From: Octopus vulgaris
Taxonomy: Eukaryota
Direction: 5' to 3'
DNA: 64,000 nucleotides
Assembly (NCBI GenBank): GCA_951406725.2
Contig: OX597814.1
Location: 186,062,001-186,126,000 of the forward strand
The notes beneath the pieces were generated by a model, which did not search any database, was not told where the DNA came from, and saw nothing but the letters and a program-made list of their open reading frames with translations. Position 1 is the first letter of the stretch. The number at the start of each line of letters is the position of its first letter. Made by a program: the position numbers and the translations under genes. Of this stretch, positions 47,197 through 61,600 are shown piece after piece.

Positions 47197-47600
47197 AGGC
47201 ATAGGAGTGGCTGTATGGTAATTAGCTTGCTTACGAACCACAAGGTTCCGGTTTCACTCCCACTGCGTGGCACCTTGGGCAAGTATATTCTACTATAGCC
47301 TCGGGCCGACCAAAGCCTTGTGAGTGGATTTGGTAGACGGAAACTGAAAGAAGCCCGTCGTACATATATATATATTTATGAATGTGTGTGTGTGTGTGTA
47401 TATGTTTCTGTGTCTTTGTTTATCCCCGCAACATCGCTTGATGTGTTTACGTCCCCGTAACTTAGCGGTTGAGCAAAAGAGACCGATAGAATAAGTTCTA
47501 GGCTTACAAAGAATAAGTCCTGGGGTCGATTTGCTCGACTAAAGGCGGTGCTCCAGCATGGCCACAGTCAAATGACTGAAACAAGTAAAAGAGAGTAAAA
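47197..47600 (+). mobile_element. family A SINE, full length
   Basis: Matches other family A copies. Confidence 0.92.
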
Positions 47601-47853
47601 AAAGAGTATAACAGTTCATTAAATGGATGTATGGAAAGAAATAATTAGTTAAGATGGTTGATATCTTCCTTTCGTATCTTCTTCATGTTTCAGCAGAGAA
47701 GCAAAATGGTTTACCTGCAGTTATCCAACAGGAAATCATTTCATGTGATTTTAATATGCTAAAGCTAATCTTTTTCCTGAACCATGTCTATAGTCTGATG
47801 CTTCTCTGAAATTTTTATTGTATTAAATTGATATAAGACAAATCTTTCTCCAG

Positions 47854-48014
47854 GGCACACTCTGGTCTCCGAGGCTGGCTTTTCTCACAGGAATTGGACT
47901 CTGAGCTGAAAGTTAATGGATCAATACTCGAATCAGAAGTGCAACTCTACCCTGCAGCAGTATTTATATACAGCTGCTATACTAGCCATTTGATTATTCG
48001 CTCTCTCAAATATG
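47854..48014 (+). CDS. candidate internal coding exon (unknown protein)
   Basis: TCTTTCTCCAG acceptor, ATG|GTAAGT donor, single open frame AHSGLRGWLFSQELDSELKVNGSILESEVQLYPAAVFIYSCYTSHLIIRSLKY. Confidence 0.3.
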
Positions 48015-48031
48015 GTAAGTCAACTAAAAAT

Positions 48032-48551
48032 ATTCTTTTCTACTCTAGACACAAGGCCCAAAATTTTGGGGGAGGGGGCCAGTCAATTAGATCAACTCCA
48101 GTATACAACTGGTACTTAATTTATCGACCCCGAAAGGATGAAAGGCAAAGTCAACCTCGGCAGAATTTGAACTCAGAACGTAACGGTAGACGAAATACCT
48201 ATTTCTTTACTACCCACAAGGGGCTAAACACAGAGAGGACAAACAAGGACAGACAAACTGATTAAGTCAATTACATCAACCCCAGTGTGCAAATGGTACT
48301 TAATTTATCGACCCCGAAAGGATGAAAGGCAAAGTCGACCTCGGCAGAATTTGAACTCAGAACACAAAGACAGACGAAATACCGCTAAGCATTTCGCTCA
48401 ATATGCTAACGTTTCTGCCAGCTCACCACCTTTAAAAGATAATGGGTAAAGTCGACCTTGGTAGAATTTGAACTCAGAACATCGGGACCAATGAAATATC
48501 ATTAAGCATGGTGCCGGTCGTGTTAACAATTCCGCTGGCTCGCTGCCTTAA
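48032..48551 (-). mobile_element. family B SINE dimer (48032-48432) plus an extra B head
   Basis: Same dimer junction as 16637-17035 (revcomp GTAGTAAAGAAATAGGTATTTC). Confidence 0.85.
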
Positions 48552-49814
48552 GTCAAGTAAAAATATTGTATGATCTAGAGGAAATTCTTTTACTTCTTTC
48601 AGTCATTAGACTGTAGCCAAGATGGCCCACCACTTTTTCAAAGTATCTTAAAAAGAGGAAGCTTTGAAGGATTTAATTGATATTGACAGGAATGTGATAT
48701 AAATGAAACCAATGATTCTGTGTCTGGTTATACACCAGACTTCGTTATCGATACGACAACAGTAATATTATATGGAAGGGCATATCGGTGACTTGATTAC
48801 TCATTGCAATCTGTTTAGAACATAAAGCAAAGGAAAAATGCCATGGAAAATGAGAACAAATATATATATAGAATATAAAGAATTTCCAAATGATAAGGAC
48901 AATATAAATTCTTTATTTTTAATTTTGGTAATTGGGTAGTTAAACAAGATAAATTTCCTGTATCAAATCTCTTATGTATTTTCAGAGATTTTTGAAAAGT
49001 GAAAGGTCAAAAGCTATAATAGCTTGCTTTACATTTAGTTTTATAATTTTTGTTATTTTTCTGAACAAAGCCATTGTGTATAATCTAATGGCAAAAAGAA
49101 AGAAGAAGAAAAAAAAAAGGAAAAAGAAAAATTTTGAGCTACACTGCTTTTACTAATTAATTGTAATTTATCTATAATTAGATCAATTCTGCTACATTTT
49201 ATGAGTGTTAACTTCAGCAGATTCTCGGAGTTGGGAGTTAGTGTAACAAATAAATATACTATTAGGTTTGAAGGGATAAATTACAAGTGGAATATATGGC
49301 ACCAAAATATAGAGAAATACAGTTGACTCTTGAGGGCAATTACCTAACTAATTTTGAGAAAGAAAAAACATTCACATGCTTGTATATAAAAAAAACAAAC
49401 TTGTATTTGTTTAAATAGAACATGCTGTGCAACACTACAGTACAAGCTTTGGCAAGCTTTTAAAAAGATTTTACATTACCCAATTACAAGAATCCTTCTT
49501 TTCATACCAGTACTAGCAGCAGATAAGCCACCTACTGAGCAGGATTATCTTCTAGGCTCTTTTCAATGGTTTCTACCTATAAAATGTATGTGAGAGTAAT
49601 ATGAATGAGAAAACAAAGTTTGAATGTTTTCCTTTAAGAAAAATTTCATGACCTAATATTTTGGTGAACTTACAAAAAACATTTGTGATTTTTGCAATAT
49701 TTTTTCTAAGGGCATTGATACTATTAAAAGAAGCAAATGGCTATAATAAAATATTAATGATGTATATTGTCTTTAAAGTCTCAATGTGCTCTTACATCAA
49801 GTCTAAACCAGAGG

Positions 49815-50127
49815 AAGGTGCATGGCTCAATGGTTGCAGCATCAGGCTCACAACCACGAGGTAGTGAATTCGATTCCTGGACCAGGCTGTGTGCTGTGTT
49901 CTTGAGCAAGACACTTTATTTCACGTTGCTCCAATTCACTCAGCTGTAAAAATGAGCTGCAACATCACTGGTGCAAAGCTGCATTGGCCTTTGCTTTCCC
50001 TTGGATAACATCAGAAGGGAGGTTTGTATGCATGGGTAACTACTGGGCTTCCATAAACAACCTTGCCCAGACTTGTGCCTCAGAGGATAATTTTCCATAG
50101 TCATTCATGACTGAAGGGGTCTTTACC
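49815..50127 (+). mobile_element. tRNA-headed SINE sharing its 3' half with family D
   Basis: TGGCTCAATGGTT..GAATTCGATTCC boxes; central GTGTTCTTGAGCAAGACACTTTATTTCAC; tail CTTCCATAAACAACCTTGCCCAGACTTGTGCCTC as in 25981-26150. Confidence 0.8.
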
Positions 50128-50920
50128 AAGTGAGGAGGAGCAAGCTGAATGCTTATGAACTCCAAGACTGATGGAGGAAAGAGCAGAGAATAAGATAATT
50201 CATGGCTTTGTCTTGGATCAGGTGTTTGGTCTGAACACTTACAACAGAGAACAATACTAAAAGCACTCAAGAACCAGGTGATAGTCTTAAACCAAACAAC
50301 AGATTAAATCTATTACACAAGAATAGGTATACTTCATTCAATGGGTTGACTCAAGGCTATGATAGAAAAAACATTTACTCAAGACATCATGCAGTGTTAC
50401 CAAACAGGGTACTACATGTTTGTTAAACAAACTCCCTAACCATGCTGCTGACATGGGTGTGAAATACAAGCATTTCCCTTCTTCCAGCCTCATCAGTGTG
50501 ACACAGCATACACTTACACACCTTTCAAACAAACACAAATCACTGTTTGTATATGAGGTGGTATATGTTATTCAACCAAGACGGATAAAGAAAAATCCGC
50601 CCTAGCTGAATCAGGCTCAATGTAATTAGAAAAGCAACATTGGAACTAAGGTATTATCTATTTCTTTCGTGTTTTACTCAACTTCAGAGATACAGACAGA
50701 CAGACAGAATAGTTATAATTTTACAGCAGACCTAATCCGGCAACCAGTTTAAACATCATCTGGCTCTTCCGTGCCTTTAACAGAGTTCATTCTTCTGCAA
50801 GGATTTGGACCATGTCTCCTGTGTGTGAGAATAAGTCTTTTCTTTCTTTCACTAGTCTCAAAAACTCTGCCAAAGATAATGCGTGCTGTTCTTCTTCCCC
50901 AAAGTGAACTATATATATAT

Positions 50921-51328
50921 AGGCATAGGAGTGGCTGTGTGGTAAGTAGCTTGCTAACAAACCACATGGTTCCGGGTTCAGTCTCACTGCATGGCACATT
51001 GGGCAAATGTCTTCTACTATAACCTCAGGCCGACCAAACAAAGCCTTGTGAGTGAATTTGGAAGACAGAAACTGAAAGAAGCCCGTCAGATATATATACA
51101 TACATATATATATATGTGTGTGTGTGAATATGTTTGTCCCTCCAGTATCGCTTGACAACCAATGCTGGTGTGTTTACATCCCCGTAACTTAGCAGTTCGG
51201 CAAAAGTGACCGATAGAATAAGTACTAGGCTTACAAAGAATAAGTCCTGGGGTCGATTTGCTCAACTAAAGGCGGTGCTTCAGCACAGTCACAGTCAAAT
51301 GACTGAAACAAGTAAAAGAGTAAAGAGT
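50921..51328 (+). mobile_element. family A SINE, full length
   Basis: Matches other family A copies. Confidence 0.92.
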
Positions 51329-51751
51329 ATATATGTAACTTCATATACAGTTTGATTTCAATACTAAGTGTTAGCTTGATTTTCAGTCACAATAATTCAG
51401 TGTAAAAATATCACAGAATATATAAAGTGATTTAGTTTTAAACAATACTTAATTTTCATAAAGTTAGCACTAACATATGTAAAGCATGAAGCATAAAAAC
51501 ACAGGTTAAATAGAAACAAATGGTGAAGAAAAAAAATGACATTTTTTTTAAGAAATAAAAAATAATTTTACTCAATGACCAGTATTATTTTTTAAGCTTT
51601 CTTATCAACAGAGGAGACAACTCTGGAAATGTTTCAGTCTTAATCTGACCTTCTCAATGAAGAATAGACTTCATAGTATTTGCCAGAGTCATTGTACAAA
51701 TTCATTTCTTAAATGCATGTTATTTCATTTCTATCTTACATATGTTGTGAT

Positions 51752-51970
51752 AAGACAGCAAGCTGGCAGAAACATTATCATACCTGATGAAATGCTTACC
51801 AACATTCCTTCCAGTTTTACATTGTGAGCTCAAAAGCAGCTGAGGTCAACTTTGCTTTACATTTTTCAGAGGGTTGATAAAATAAATACCAGTTGAATAT
51901 TGGCAGCAATGTAATTAAACTTACCCCCTCCTCTGAAAAACTGTTGGTCTCAGGCCTAAATTTGAAACCA
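51752..51970 (+). mobile_element. family B SINE (diverged)
   Basis: AAGACAGCAAGCTGGCAGAAAC...AAATTTGAAACC. Confidence 0.75.
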
Positions 51971-52269
51971 TTTTATATTTGTTATTAAGCAATAATAGAA
52001 AGTTATATATTCCTAGGTGTATCTGCCTTGTCACTCTCTTCCATTTTCTTTTGAACTACAAATGTTAGAAAAGATCATTAAAAACAAATTTAACATTTTA
52101 CTAAAAAAGGGGTTATTTTGTTGACATAGACAGTTGATGTTGTGTAACCTCATGTCAGCTCTGATTAAGTATGCCCCGTGGCATGCAGGCAGTCAGCCAA
52201 ATAACTAGCGCAGCCTACAGATATACTGCTTCATACATACCACACCTCTGTGTAGCACAAGACTATATT

Positions 52270-52654
52270 CTTCTATTCTTAGCTGCGGCCAAGCTGGAGC
52301 ACCCCCTTTAGTTGAGCAAATCGACCCCTAGGACTTATTCTTTGTAAGCCTAGTACTTATTCTATTGGACTATTTTGCCAAACCTCAAAGTTACAGGGAC
52401 ATAAACACACCAGCATCGGTTGTCAAGTGATGTTGGGGCGGGGCGGCAAGCACAGGCATACAAACATATACATACATATATGTGTGTGTGTATACGATGA
52501 GCTTCTTTCAGTTTCCATCTACCAAATCTACTCACAAGGCTTTGATCGGCCCGAGGCTATAGTAGAAGACACTTGCCAAAGGTGCCACGCAATGGGACTG
52601 AACCCAGAACCATGTGGTTGATAAGCAAGCTACTTACCACACAGCCACTCCCGC
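52270..52654 (-). mobile_element. family A SINE
   Basis: Matches other family A copies; tail partly deleted. Confidence 0.9.
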
Positions 52655-52964
52655 GTCTACATAATTAACTACTATAGTTCACCTTCTGACAAAAAGTAGG
52701 AAATTGTATGGGGTACAGTATGACATGTGGTCTATAGTGTATCTTCTTCATTGTCCAGTCTAGTTTTGTATATTTGCAGATGCTGGTAGTGGTGGCAGCT
52801 ACAGCAAACTCAGTCAAGATATGACAGCTACATTTCTTTGCCCATCTCTGCAACATTTCTGGTATGCATCCCAGTACAGTGTATGGGGGATATTGTAGAT
52901 ACTCCTACTTTTGTGCCCAATGCCTGTTTGGACTGGATAAGAAGAATGCTATTTTCAGTTTAGT

Positions 52965-53321
52965 GTCAACATCAAAATAAATATCAAATGGAAATCATAG
53001 TTGTGATACCTGTGCCGGTGGCACATAAAAAGCACCATTCGAACATGGTCGATGCCAGTGCCACCTTGATTGGCTTCTGTGCCAGTGGCACGTAAAAAAT
53101 ACTAACCAATCATGGCCACTGTCAGCCTTCCCTGGCACGTAAAAAGCACCCACTACACTCACAGAGTGGTTGGCATAAGGAAGGGCATCCAGCTGTAGAA
53201 ACACTGCCAGATCAGACTGGAGCCTGGTGCAGCCTCCTGGCTTCCCAGATCCCAGTCGAACCATCCAACCCATGCTAGCATAGAAAACGGACGTTAAATG
53301 ATGACGATGATGATGATGATG
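52965..53321 (+). mobile_element. family C element with three internal units
   Basis: Colinear with the other family C copies. Confidence 0.85.
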
Positions 53322-54077
53322 TCGAGGATGATCACTACTGTAGATGTACTTTCTTGCTTCTGGGTGGGAACTGATTGTACATGTAATGGCAGTGATGGTA
53401 AAAACTGGAGTTTGTTGCAGCATCAAATTTCACATCTTAGAAGTTCAGGTGTTCTTTGATTTTTAACATTTATTTTGTTATACAGAAAATCTATGGGTGT
53501 GGCTTTTATGCAACCTATAATGATGTGAAGAACACGGCATTGTTCTTTGTAGTTAATTTATGGTTTGTTGCAGAAAGATCACCACAATTGTTTGTTTCTT
53601 TGCATTTACCAAATGTATATTTTTGCATGTTTATACATCAGCTTGCTTTTGTTGTTGTTGTCGTTGTTACTTTCTGTCTGCATGTGCTGTGAGTGTTATA
53701 GAAAGAAGTGTTGCATGTAACTGCTATTATTTTGTCAGCTTTGTGGTAAGTATGTTTATGTGTCTGTGGGTGTACGTATGTTGCGTGATGGTTGGTTACA
53801 TTCACTGGAGCTTTTACTTGGGAGGGGAAAGGTTGCTTGTAAAGAACACAATCGTTTTGAGTACAAGGATTTTAATTGATGCAGATTTTAAAGTAACAGT
53901 GCAGTTGTCTACAGTAGCAGTACCCAACCCTTTTTACACTACAGACCAAGAGATGACACCGTTGCTGGATTAACTATTAAGCAAAATAAGCCTGTGCTTA
54001 GGGCACCAAGGGACAGGGTGGAGGGACCACAGAAATGGTAAATGGTTTACTACACAAAAGAAATCATTTTAAGCTTG

Positions 54078-54283
54078 CTTGCCAGGCGAAATGTGTAGCT
54101 GTATTTCGTCCGTCTTTACGTTCTGAGTTCAAATTCCGCCGAGGTCGACTTTGCTTTTCATCCTTTCAGGGTCGATAAATTAAGTACCAGTTGTGCACTG
54201 GGGCGATATAATCGGCTTAATCCTTTTGTCTGTCTTTGTTTGTCCTCTCTGTGTTTAGCCCCTTGTGGGTAGTAAAAAAAAAT
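54078..54283 (+). mobile_element. family B SINE (Tx1-like tail), nested
   Basis: GCCAGGCGAAATG...TTAGCCCCTTGTGGGTAGTAAA. Confidence 0.88.
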
Positions 54284-54321
54284 ACTATTCAGGATGCCTT
54301 ATCTCTACTAAATGTAGAAGT

Positions 54322-54735
54322 ACTCTCTTTTACTTGTTTCAGTCATTTGATTGTGGCCATGCTGGAGCACCACCTTTAGTCGAGCAAATCGACCCCGAGA
54401 CTTATTCTTTGTAAGCTCAGTACTTATTATATCGGTCTCTTTTGCCGAACCACTAAGTTACGGGGACGTAAACACACCAGCATCGGTTGTCAAGCAATGC
54501 TAGGGGGACAAACACAGACACACAAACACACACATGCATATGTATATATATATATATATATACATATATACGACGGGCTTCTTTCAGTTTCCGTCTACCA
54601 AATCCACTCACAAGGCATTGGTCGGCCCGAGGCTATAGAAGAAGACACTTGCTCAAGATGCCACACAGTGGGACTGAACCCTGAACCATGTGGTTGGTAA
54701 GCAAGCTACTTACCACACAGCCAGTCCTGTGCCTA
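54322..54735 (-). mobile_element. family A SINE, nested
   Basis: Matches other family A copies. Confidence 0.92.
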
Positions 54736-56215
54736 TGTGTTACATAAGATGTGTTACATAAGATTAATTTTGAGGATCTATCAAATACTTTGCAATTGAA
54801 AAAAGTAGGTGAAAACTTTTCAGATATAAAGTGGAAGTATACAAAAATAAACATTATTTTTCATTTTACTGTTAATTTTGTTTCATTTTGAAAAATAAAA
54901 ATTTACATTATGTTTTATAATTGCTTATATTGTGAATTACACAATATAATATCTTTTAAGTGCTTAGGGGCTTCTATGGATCTAAATCCAGGCCTAGATG
55001 ACACACATAACAAAACACAAAAAAGTGTATAATATTTTAAAATATTATCAAGTACATTAATTATTACATATAAAATAAATGTATATTAAATATGTAATGC
55101 ATATATAATGCAAGAACACCCTACATGGAGCAGTTGTCAATAAAATAAAAATAAAATGTTTAAATTTATACTTTCTGTTCAACCTGGTACCAAATGTTTA
55201 ATTGCCTGCTACTGGTCCATGGTTCAGTGGTTGGGAACCCTTTGGTTTAGGGCATAGTGAAAGGATGAAAGTGATGTCATCTGAATATGAAGCAGTGTGT
55301 ATTCTTTGTGGAGAAGTAAGATTTTGTAGGTATATGTTAAAAAGAGTGAGTGAAAGAATGGATCCTTGTCATGTTCTGTGCAAGGAATGAGATAGCTGCT
55401 GCATGATGACTTAAATTGACAGAAATAGCAGTTAAATCCTCTTCAAATTTTACTCTACCACCTTAAGAATGGATGAAAACTGTTTAAAAATAATACTTAA
55501 TCTTGATAACCAATCTTAAGATTAACATATATTGTTGAAATAATGTAAAAATGTTGTTAAAATATAATAATAGTTATCGCCAAGTTAACATGGCAGTCCA
55601 GATAAATAGGACAAATGCTGTCGTTGGTTAGCTCCAGAGCTAATCAACGTATTCAGTCCAATGAAGAGGTTCCAAACCATCAGTGCCTTGAAAGTCAGTG
55701 TTGTACTTAATTTTTGCTGGTTTCATCTACCAAACTTTTACAGGTACCCTGATTATTTTAAGCTCACCAAGGTAGGCATCAAGAACATTGTTACAGTTGG
55801 CAGGAACTAGCAGTTTGCTTTTGATTCAGATCTTCATTTTGTGTCTTGCAGAAATGTGATTCATTGTAACCTTAAAAAAATCATCTGGATCACAAAATGT
55901 CCAATCTCACTGTAACATTTTGAACGATAGGAAGAAGTAAAGAGAAAGTGAAAGCAAGAGACAGGCAGACAGATAAAACCGGTAAAGAAAACTGTAACAG
56001 GTTTGGTAACTAGGCATATACTAAATTTATATCCATTAATCTGTATTATAGATAAGATGATCACAAGAGGTCCATCAGTAACAAGTGAAATGATCATGTA
56101 CATTTAATTAGCAATTAGTAATTTACTTAGAAGGAAGTTGACAAAAGATTAATAATGCTGTCTTCATTTGTTCAGAACCAAATGGTTATGTTCGAAACTG
56201 AACAGCAGGTATACA

Positions 56216-56340
<125 letters not shown>

Positions 56341-56689
56341 CCTGTATCCCTTTAATATCATAACTAATTAATTCTGTCGATTTCTAATTAACAGCATCAT
56401 TAAATATTTCATTGTTCTTGATGTGTTAAAAACTTGTTGATTAATAATTAAAGGAGTTCATTAAAATCTATTATTATTTTGTTTTTTAATTTTGGTTTTA
56501 AATTACTTCTTTTTTTTTTTGGAAGGCAACAGATACAAATCTAAAACATTAATAAGTAATAATTTAGGGGGTGTGGATTATCATATGTATTAATCACTAT
56601 GGCAACAGCTACTAATGCTGCTACTGCTTTTTTGGGTTTTTTTTTTTTAGGGATAGTATTTATAACAGCAGTGATATTGATGGCAATGG

Positions 56690-57114
56690 GGTGATGATGA
56701 AGCAGTGTAGGTGGCAGTGTTGGTGGAGGAGGAGGAGGATCATGGTGGAGGTGGCAGTGGTGGCAACGGAGGCAATGGTGGCAGTGGCAGCAACAGTGGC
56801 AGTGGTGATGGTTGTGGTGGTGATGGTGGCAGTGGAAGTGGTGATGCTGTTGCATTACTGCAATCACGGCTGCAGCCACTTATGCTCCTACTACAGCTTA
56901 TGGCAATAGTTAGTGCCAGGGAAGGAAGAACTGCTCTTATAGCTGCTGCTGCTGCTGTTACTACTACTACTACTACTACTACAATTACTACTACTACAAT
57001 TACTACTACTACTACTACTACTACTACTACAGTTACTACTACTACTACTACCACTACTACTACTACCACTACTACTACTACTACTACCACTACTACTACT
57101 ACTACTACTACAAT

Positions 57115-57147
<33 letters not shown>

Positions 57148-57476
57148 CACTACTACTACCACTACCACTACTACTACTACTACTACTATTACTACTACTA
57201 CCACTACCACTACTACTACTACTACTACTACCACTACTACTACTACAACTACTACTACTACTACAGCTACTGCTACTACTGCTACTACTACTACTACTAC
57301 TACAGTTGTGAAAAATAATAACAAAGGGGATTTTTGTTTGTTAGTTTTCCTTTTTCTTGAGGTAGTCATACGAAATGATTGTTGGTCTATGAGGATGATG
57401 AAGATGCCGATGATGATGATGATGATGATGATGATAGTGGCAACGGCAGGAACAGCAACAATAACAACAACAACAG
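56690..57476. repeat. compound trinucleotide repeats (GGT/GGC, ACT/ACC, GAT, AAC)
   Basis: Direct reading; source of the poly-G/T/M pseudo-ORFs. Confidence 0.92.
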
Positions 57477-57579
57477 TATTTTATTTTATCTTTTTTAATT
57501 AGAACTATTGGTGTTTACTAACAGCAGAATTGTATAAAGGTGTTCTTGAATACCTATGTCAAGAAGCATAGATATAGAC

Positions 57580-58830
<1,251 letters not shown>

Positions 58831-59255
58831 ATATAAAAGTATTGTGCACACACTCACCTAACCATTGCCTGTATTTTTAAACCATTCAACATTACCATAA
58901 ACACAACTTGAAGCCTTGTTGCAAGATTTCAGGGGGGGGGGTGAAAAAAAGGCAATTCCTGTTTGTTATATTTTTCATTTTATTTATTTATTTATTTATT
59001 AATGGAAATTGAAAAACAACAAAATAGAATGAAGTTCAAAATTTAAAAAAGAAAATCTAATGGACTATTGTTTTTTTTTTACTTTATTTAAAAAATTTTT
59101 TTTTTGTAGTTATGCAGCAATGGAGAATAACAATGATAACAACTATTACAATAACTGTATTAAACTATACCAAAAATACAGAATTGCTAGCAAAGAAATT
59201 TAATTGAATGACAAAATTAACATTAGTATGAGGAGAAATAACAGTCTTGGGTGTA

Positions 59256-59276
59256 TTAATAATAATAATAATAATA

Positions 59277-59318
<42 letters not shown>

Positions 59319-59357
59319 GTAATAATGATAATAATAATAATGATAATAATAATAATC

Positions 59358-59388
<31 letters not shown>

Positions 59389-59473
59389 TGATAGTTATAG
59401 TCGTAGTAATAATAATGGTGATAATGATTATAATGATGATGGTAATAATAATGATGATGATGATGATGATAAA

Positions 59474-59524
<51 letters not shown>

Positions 59525-59563
59525 TTGGAGCCAACTTGTACAAATATAAAGAAAAAGTCAAAC

Positions 59564-59596
<33 letters not shown>

Positions 59597-59643
59597 TGAT
59601 GATAATGATAGTAATAATAATGATGATGATTATATTGATGATG

Positions 59644-59705
<62 letters not shown>

Positions 59706-59850
59706 CATGATAGTAATAATATTGATGATGATTATGTTGATGATGATAATTATAATAATCATGATAGTAATAATAATGATGATGATGATTATGTTGAGAA
59801 TGATGATGGTAATAATAATAATGATAACAATTTTAATTATTATGATTACA
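59256..59850. repeat. (AAT)n/(GAT)n microsatellite block
   Basis: Direct reading. Confidence 0.95.
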
Positions 59851-60596
59851 ATAATTTCTCTAAGTGCAGCAAAATGGGAGCATCACAGCAATTAATATTA
59901 ATACTAAAATTGTGGTTATTTAGCCCCGGGTCACTTTTAATAGAGTAGTCCTCTGATTGAGAAAACATTCCAGCTGTGATCATTCTATCTGCTTGGAGGT
60001 GTGTAGGACTACATTACATTATCTAGCTTGTTCTTTCCTTGTTTATAAGGTGAGGGATATTGGGCTGTTGTTTCTAGCAGGTAGAGCAAACTAGATGAGG
60101 TATGAGATTGTAGAGAGAAAGAGAGATAATCTAGTTTCCATTTAGAAGAATTTACACCAAAGCATTTTTTTTTTTGGTTTTTTTTTTCTCTCTTTTCTTT
60201 CTTTTTACCTTGTAGATTTAACACTGCTGCTGCAGCAATGAAAAGCTTCCATACCTACTGTGCCAGCATGCCTGGAAATTGTAATACCAATACAGCAGAC
60301 TGCATGATATATTGAACAGTCTGTTTTAGACTATTCACTTTATTCTTTTTTTCCACTTGGAACAACTCCACCCACACTCTTCACACCGTAATGAAAGGAA
60401 TGTGGGGGAAATGTGAAAAAAAAAAATTGTAGCTAATATTTTTTTTTCCCCACTTTCATTATAATTTAATGAAAATATACGATTCTTTCATGTGAAAAAC
60501 AATGCACCATCATCTTCATCATCATCATCATCATCATCCTCATCATCATTACCACCACCACCACCACTACCACCATCATCATCATTATTATTACTA

Positions 60597-60892
60597 CAGC
60601 AAGCTGGCGGAATCATTAGCATGCTGAACAAAATGCTTTAGCAGCATTTTGTCTGTTTTACATTCCAAGTTCAAATTCCACTGTGGCCAACTTAACATTT
60701 CATCCTTTCTGGATCAATAAACTAAGTACCAGTGAAGTGCTGGGGTCGATGTAATTGATTTAACCTTCCCTCAAAATTTCAGGCCTTGTACCTTTAGTAG
60801 AAAGAATTTCAGAGTTGACAAAATAAGTACCAAGTGAGCAGTATTTCCCCTCCCCTCAAAATTTCAAACCTTGTAGCTGTAGTTGAAAGAAT
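60597..60892 (+). mobile_element. family B SINE with duplicated 3' part
   Basis: AAGCTGGCGGAATCATTAGCATGC...CCCTCAAAATTTCAGGCCTTGT, with the tail present twice. Confidence 0.75.
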
Positions 60893-60899
60893 TATTATC

Positions 60900-61045
60900 C
60901 TCTGTTATATCCTTTAATGTGGTAGTATTTCCCCTTAATTCATGTTAACCCCACGTTTTTTTGCTTTTGTAACCTTTTTGTGCTGGAACTTGTCTTTTGC
61001 TGTTGTCCTCCATGTCTTGTGCCCTTGTGGCCAATAAAAGAAATC
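60900..61045 (+). mobile_element. Tx1-like LINE 3' UTR end
   Basis: Ends GCCCTTGTGGCCAATAAAAGAAATCATTATT, as at 13841-13870. Confidence 0.6.
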
Positions 61046-61061
61046 ATTATTATTACTATTC

Positions 61062-61350
61062 TTTTTAATTCAGGTTTTGCTGGAACCCTTGGAGTCTTGC
61101 ATGCAAAGTAGTCTTGCTACCTGCAGGCTAGAGTACCATACTATCTGTTCTTTTAAACTATCTACTTTCCTGATGATTCTGGCTATGCCAAGGAGGTAGA
61201 GCTTTTGTAACAGCTCTTCTGGGCACTCTTTTTCCATTTCCTATATATTCCTCTTGATGCCTTCTCATACTGTCCCCTAATATCCAATAATAATTGGCAC
61301 TATCTTCACCTTCTTCATTTCCATAGTTGGATTTCTTACCTCCACCTTAG
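61062..61350 (-). mobile_element. R4/Dong-like 3' end, third subfamily (decayed)
   Basis: Frameshifted EIQLW.MKKVKIVPIIIG..GTV...ELLQKLYLLGIARIIRKV. Confidence 0.65.
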
Positions 61351-61419
61351 CAAAGGTGGAGGTATTGTTTTCAGTCATTTGTGTTTGTTTGCCCATGGAC
61401 AAGATATCTCAAGAACCGC

Positions 61420-61600
61420 TGAATGTGTTGGTGTGTTTATGTCTCAGTAACTTAGCGGCTTAACAAAAGAGACCAATAGAATAAGTACCAGGCGTAAACA
61501 GGTAAGTACCAGAGTCAAATCATTCAACTATTAAATTCTTCAAGCTGATGCTCCAGCATGGCCACAATCAGATGACTGAAACAAATAAAAGATAAAAGAT
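61420..61600 (+). mobile_element. family A SINE 3' half
   Basis: GTAACTTAGCGG..AAAGAGACCAATAGAATAAGTACC..GCTCCAGCATGGCCAC..GACTGAAAC. Confidence 0.75.

Larger units (their letters stand above)
53960..54996. mobile_element. inner hAT-type element with 8-bp TSD
   Basis: TSD GATGACAC at 53952-53959 and 54997-55004; degenerate TIRs (CTGGATTAA / TAAATCCAG); subterminal TGCTTAGGG at both ends. Confidence 0.7.
53915..55244. mobile_element. hAT-Charlie-like non-autonomous element (outer layer of a nest)
   Basis: Ends TAGCAGTACCCAACCCTTTT / GTGGTTGGGAACCCTTTG; flanks GTCTACAG and GTTTAGGG resemble a decayed NTCTAGAN 8-bp TSD. Confidence 0.55.

Noticed and set aside
52660-52960. Possible R2/R4-type zinc-knuckle region on minus
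   Set aside because: The similarity is too degenerate to support without a search.
56711-57502. 263-aa Gly/Thr-rich mucin-like ORF
   Set aside because: Made of pure trinucleotide microsatellites, open on both strands, with no codon variety or splice support.
60216-60315. Terminal exon after a strong pyrimidine tract
   Set aside because: Only 32 open codons, poly-T tracts are common here, and there is no other support.
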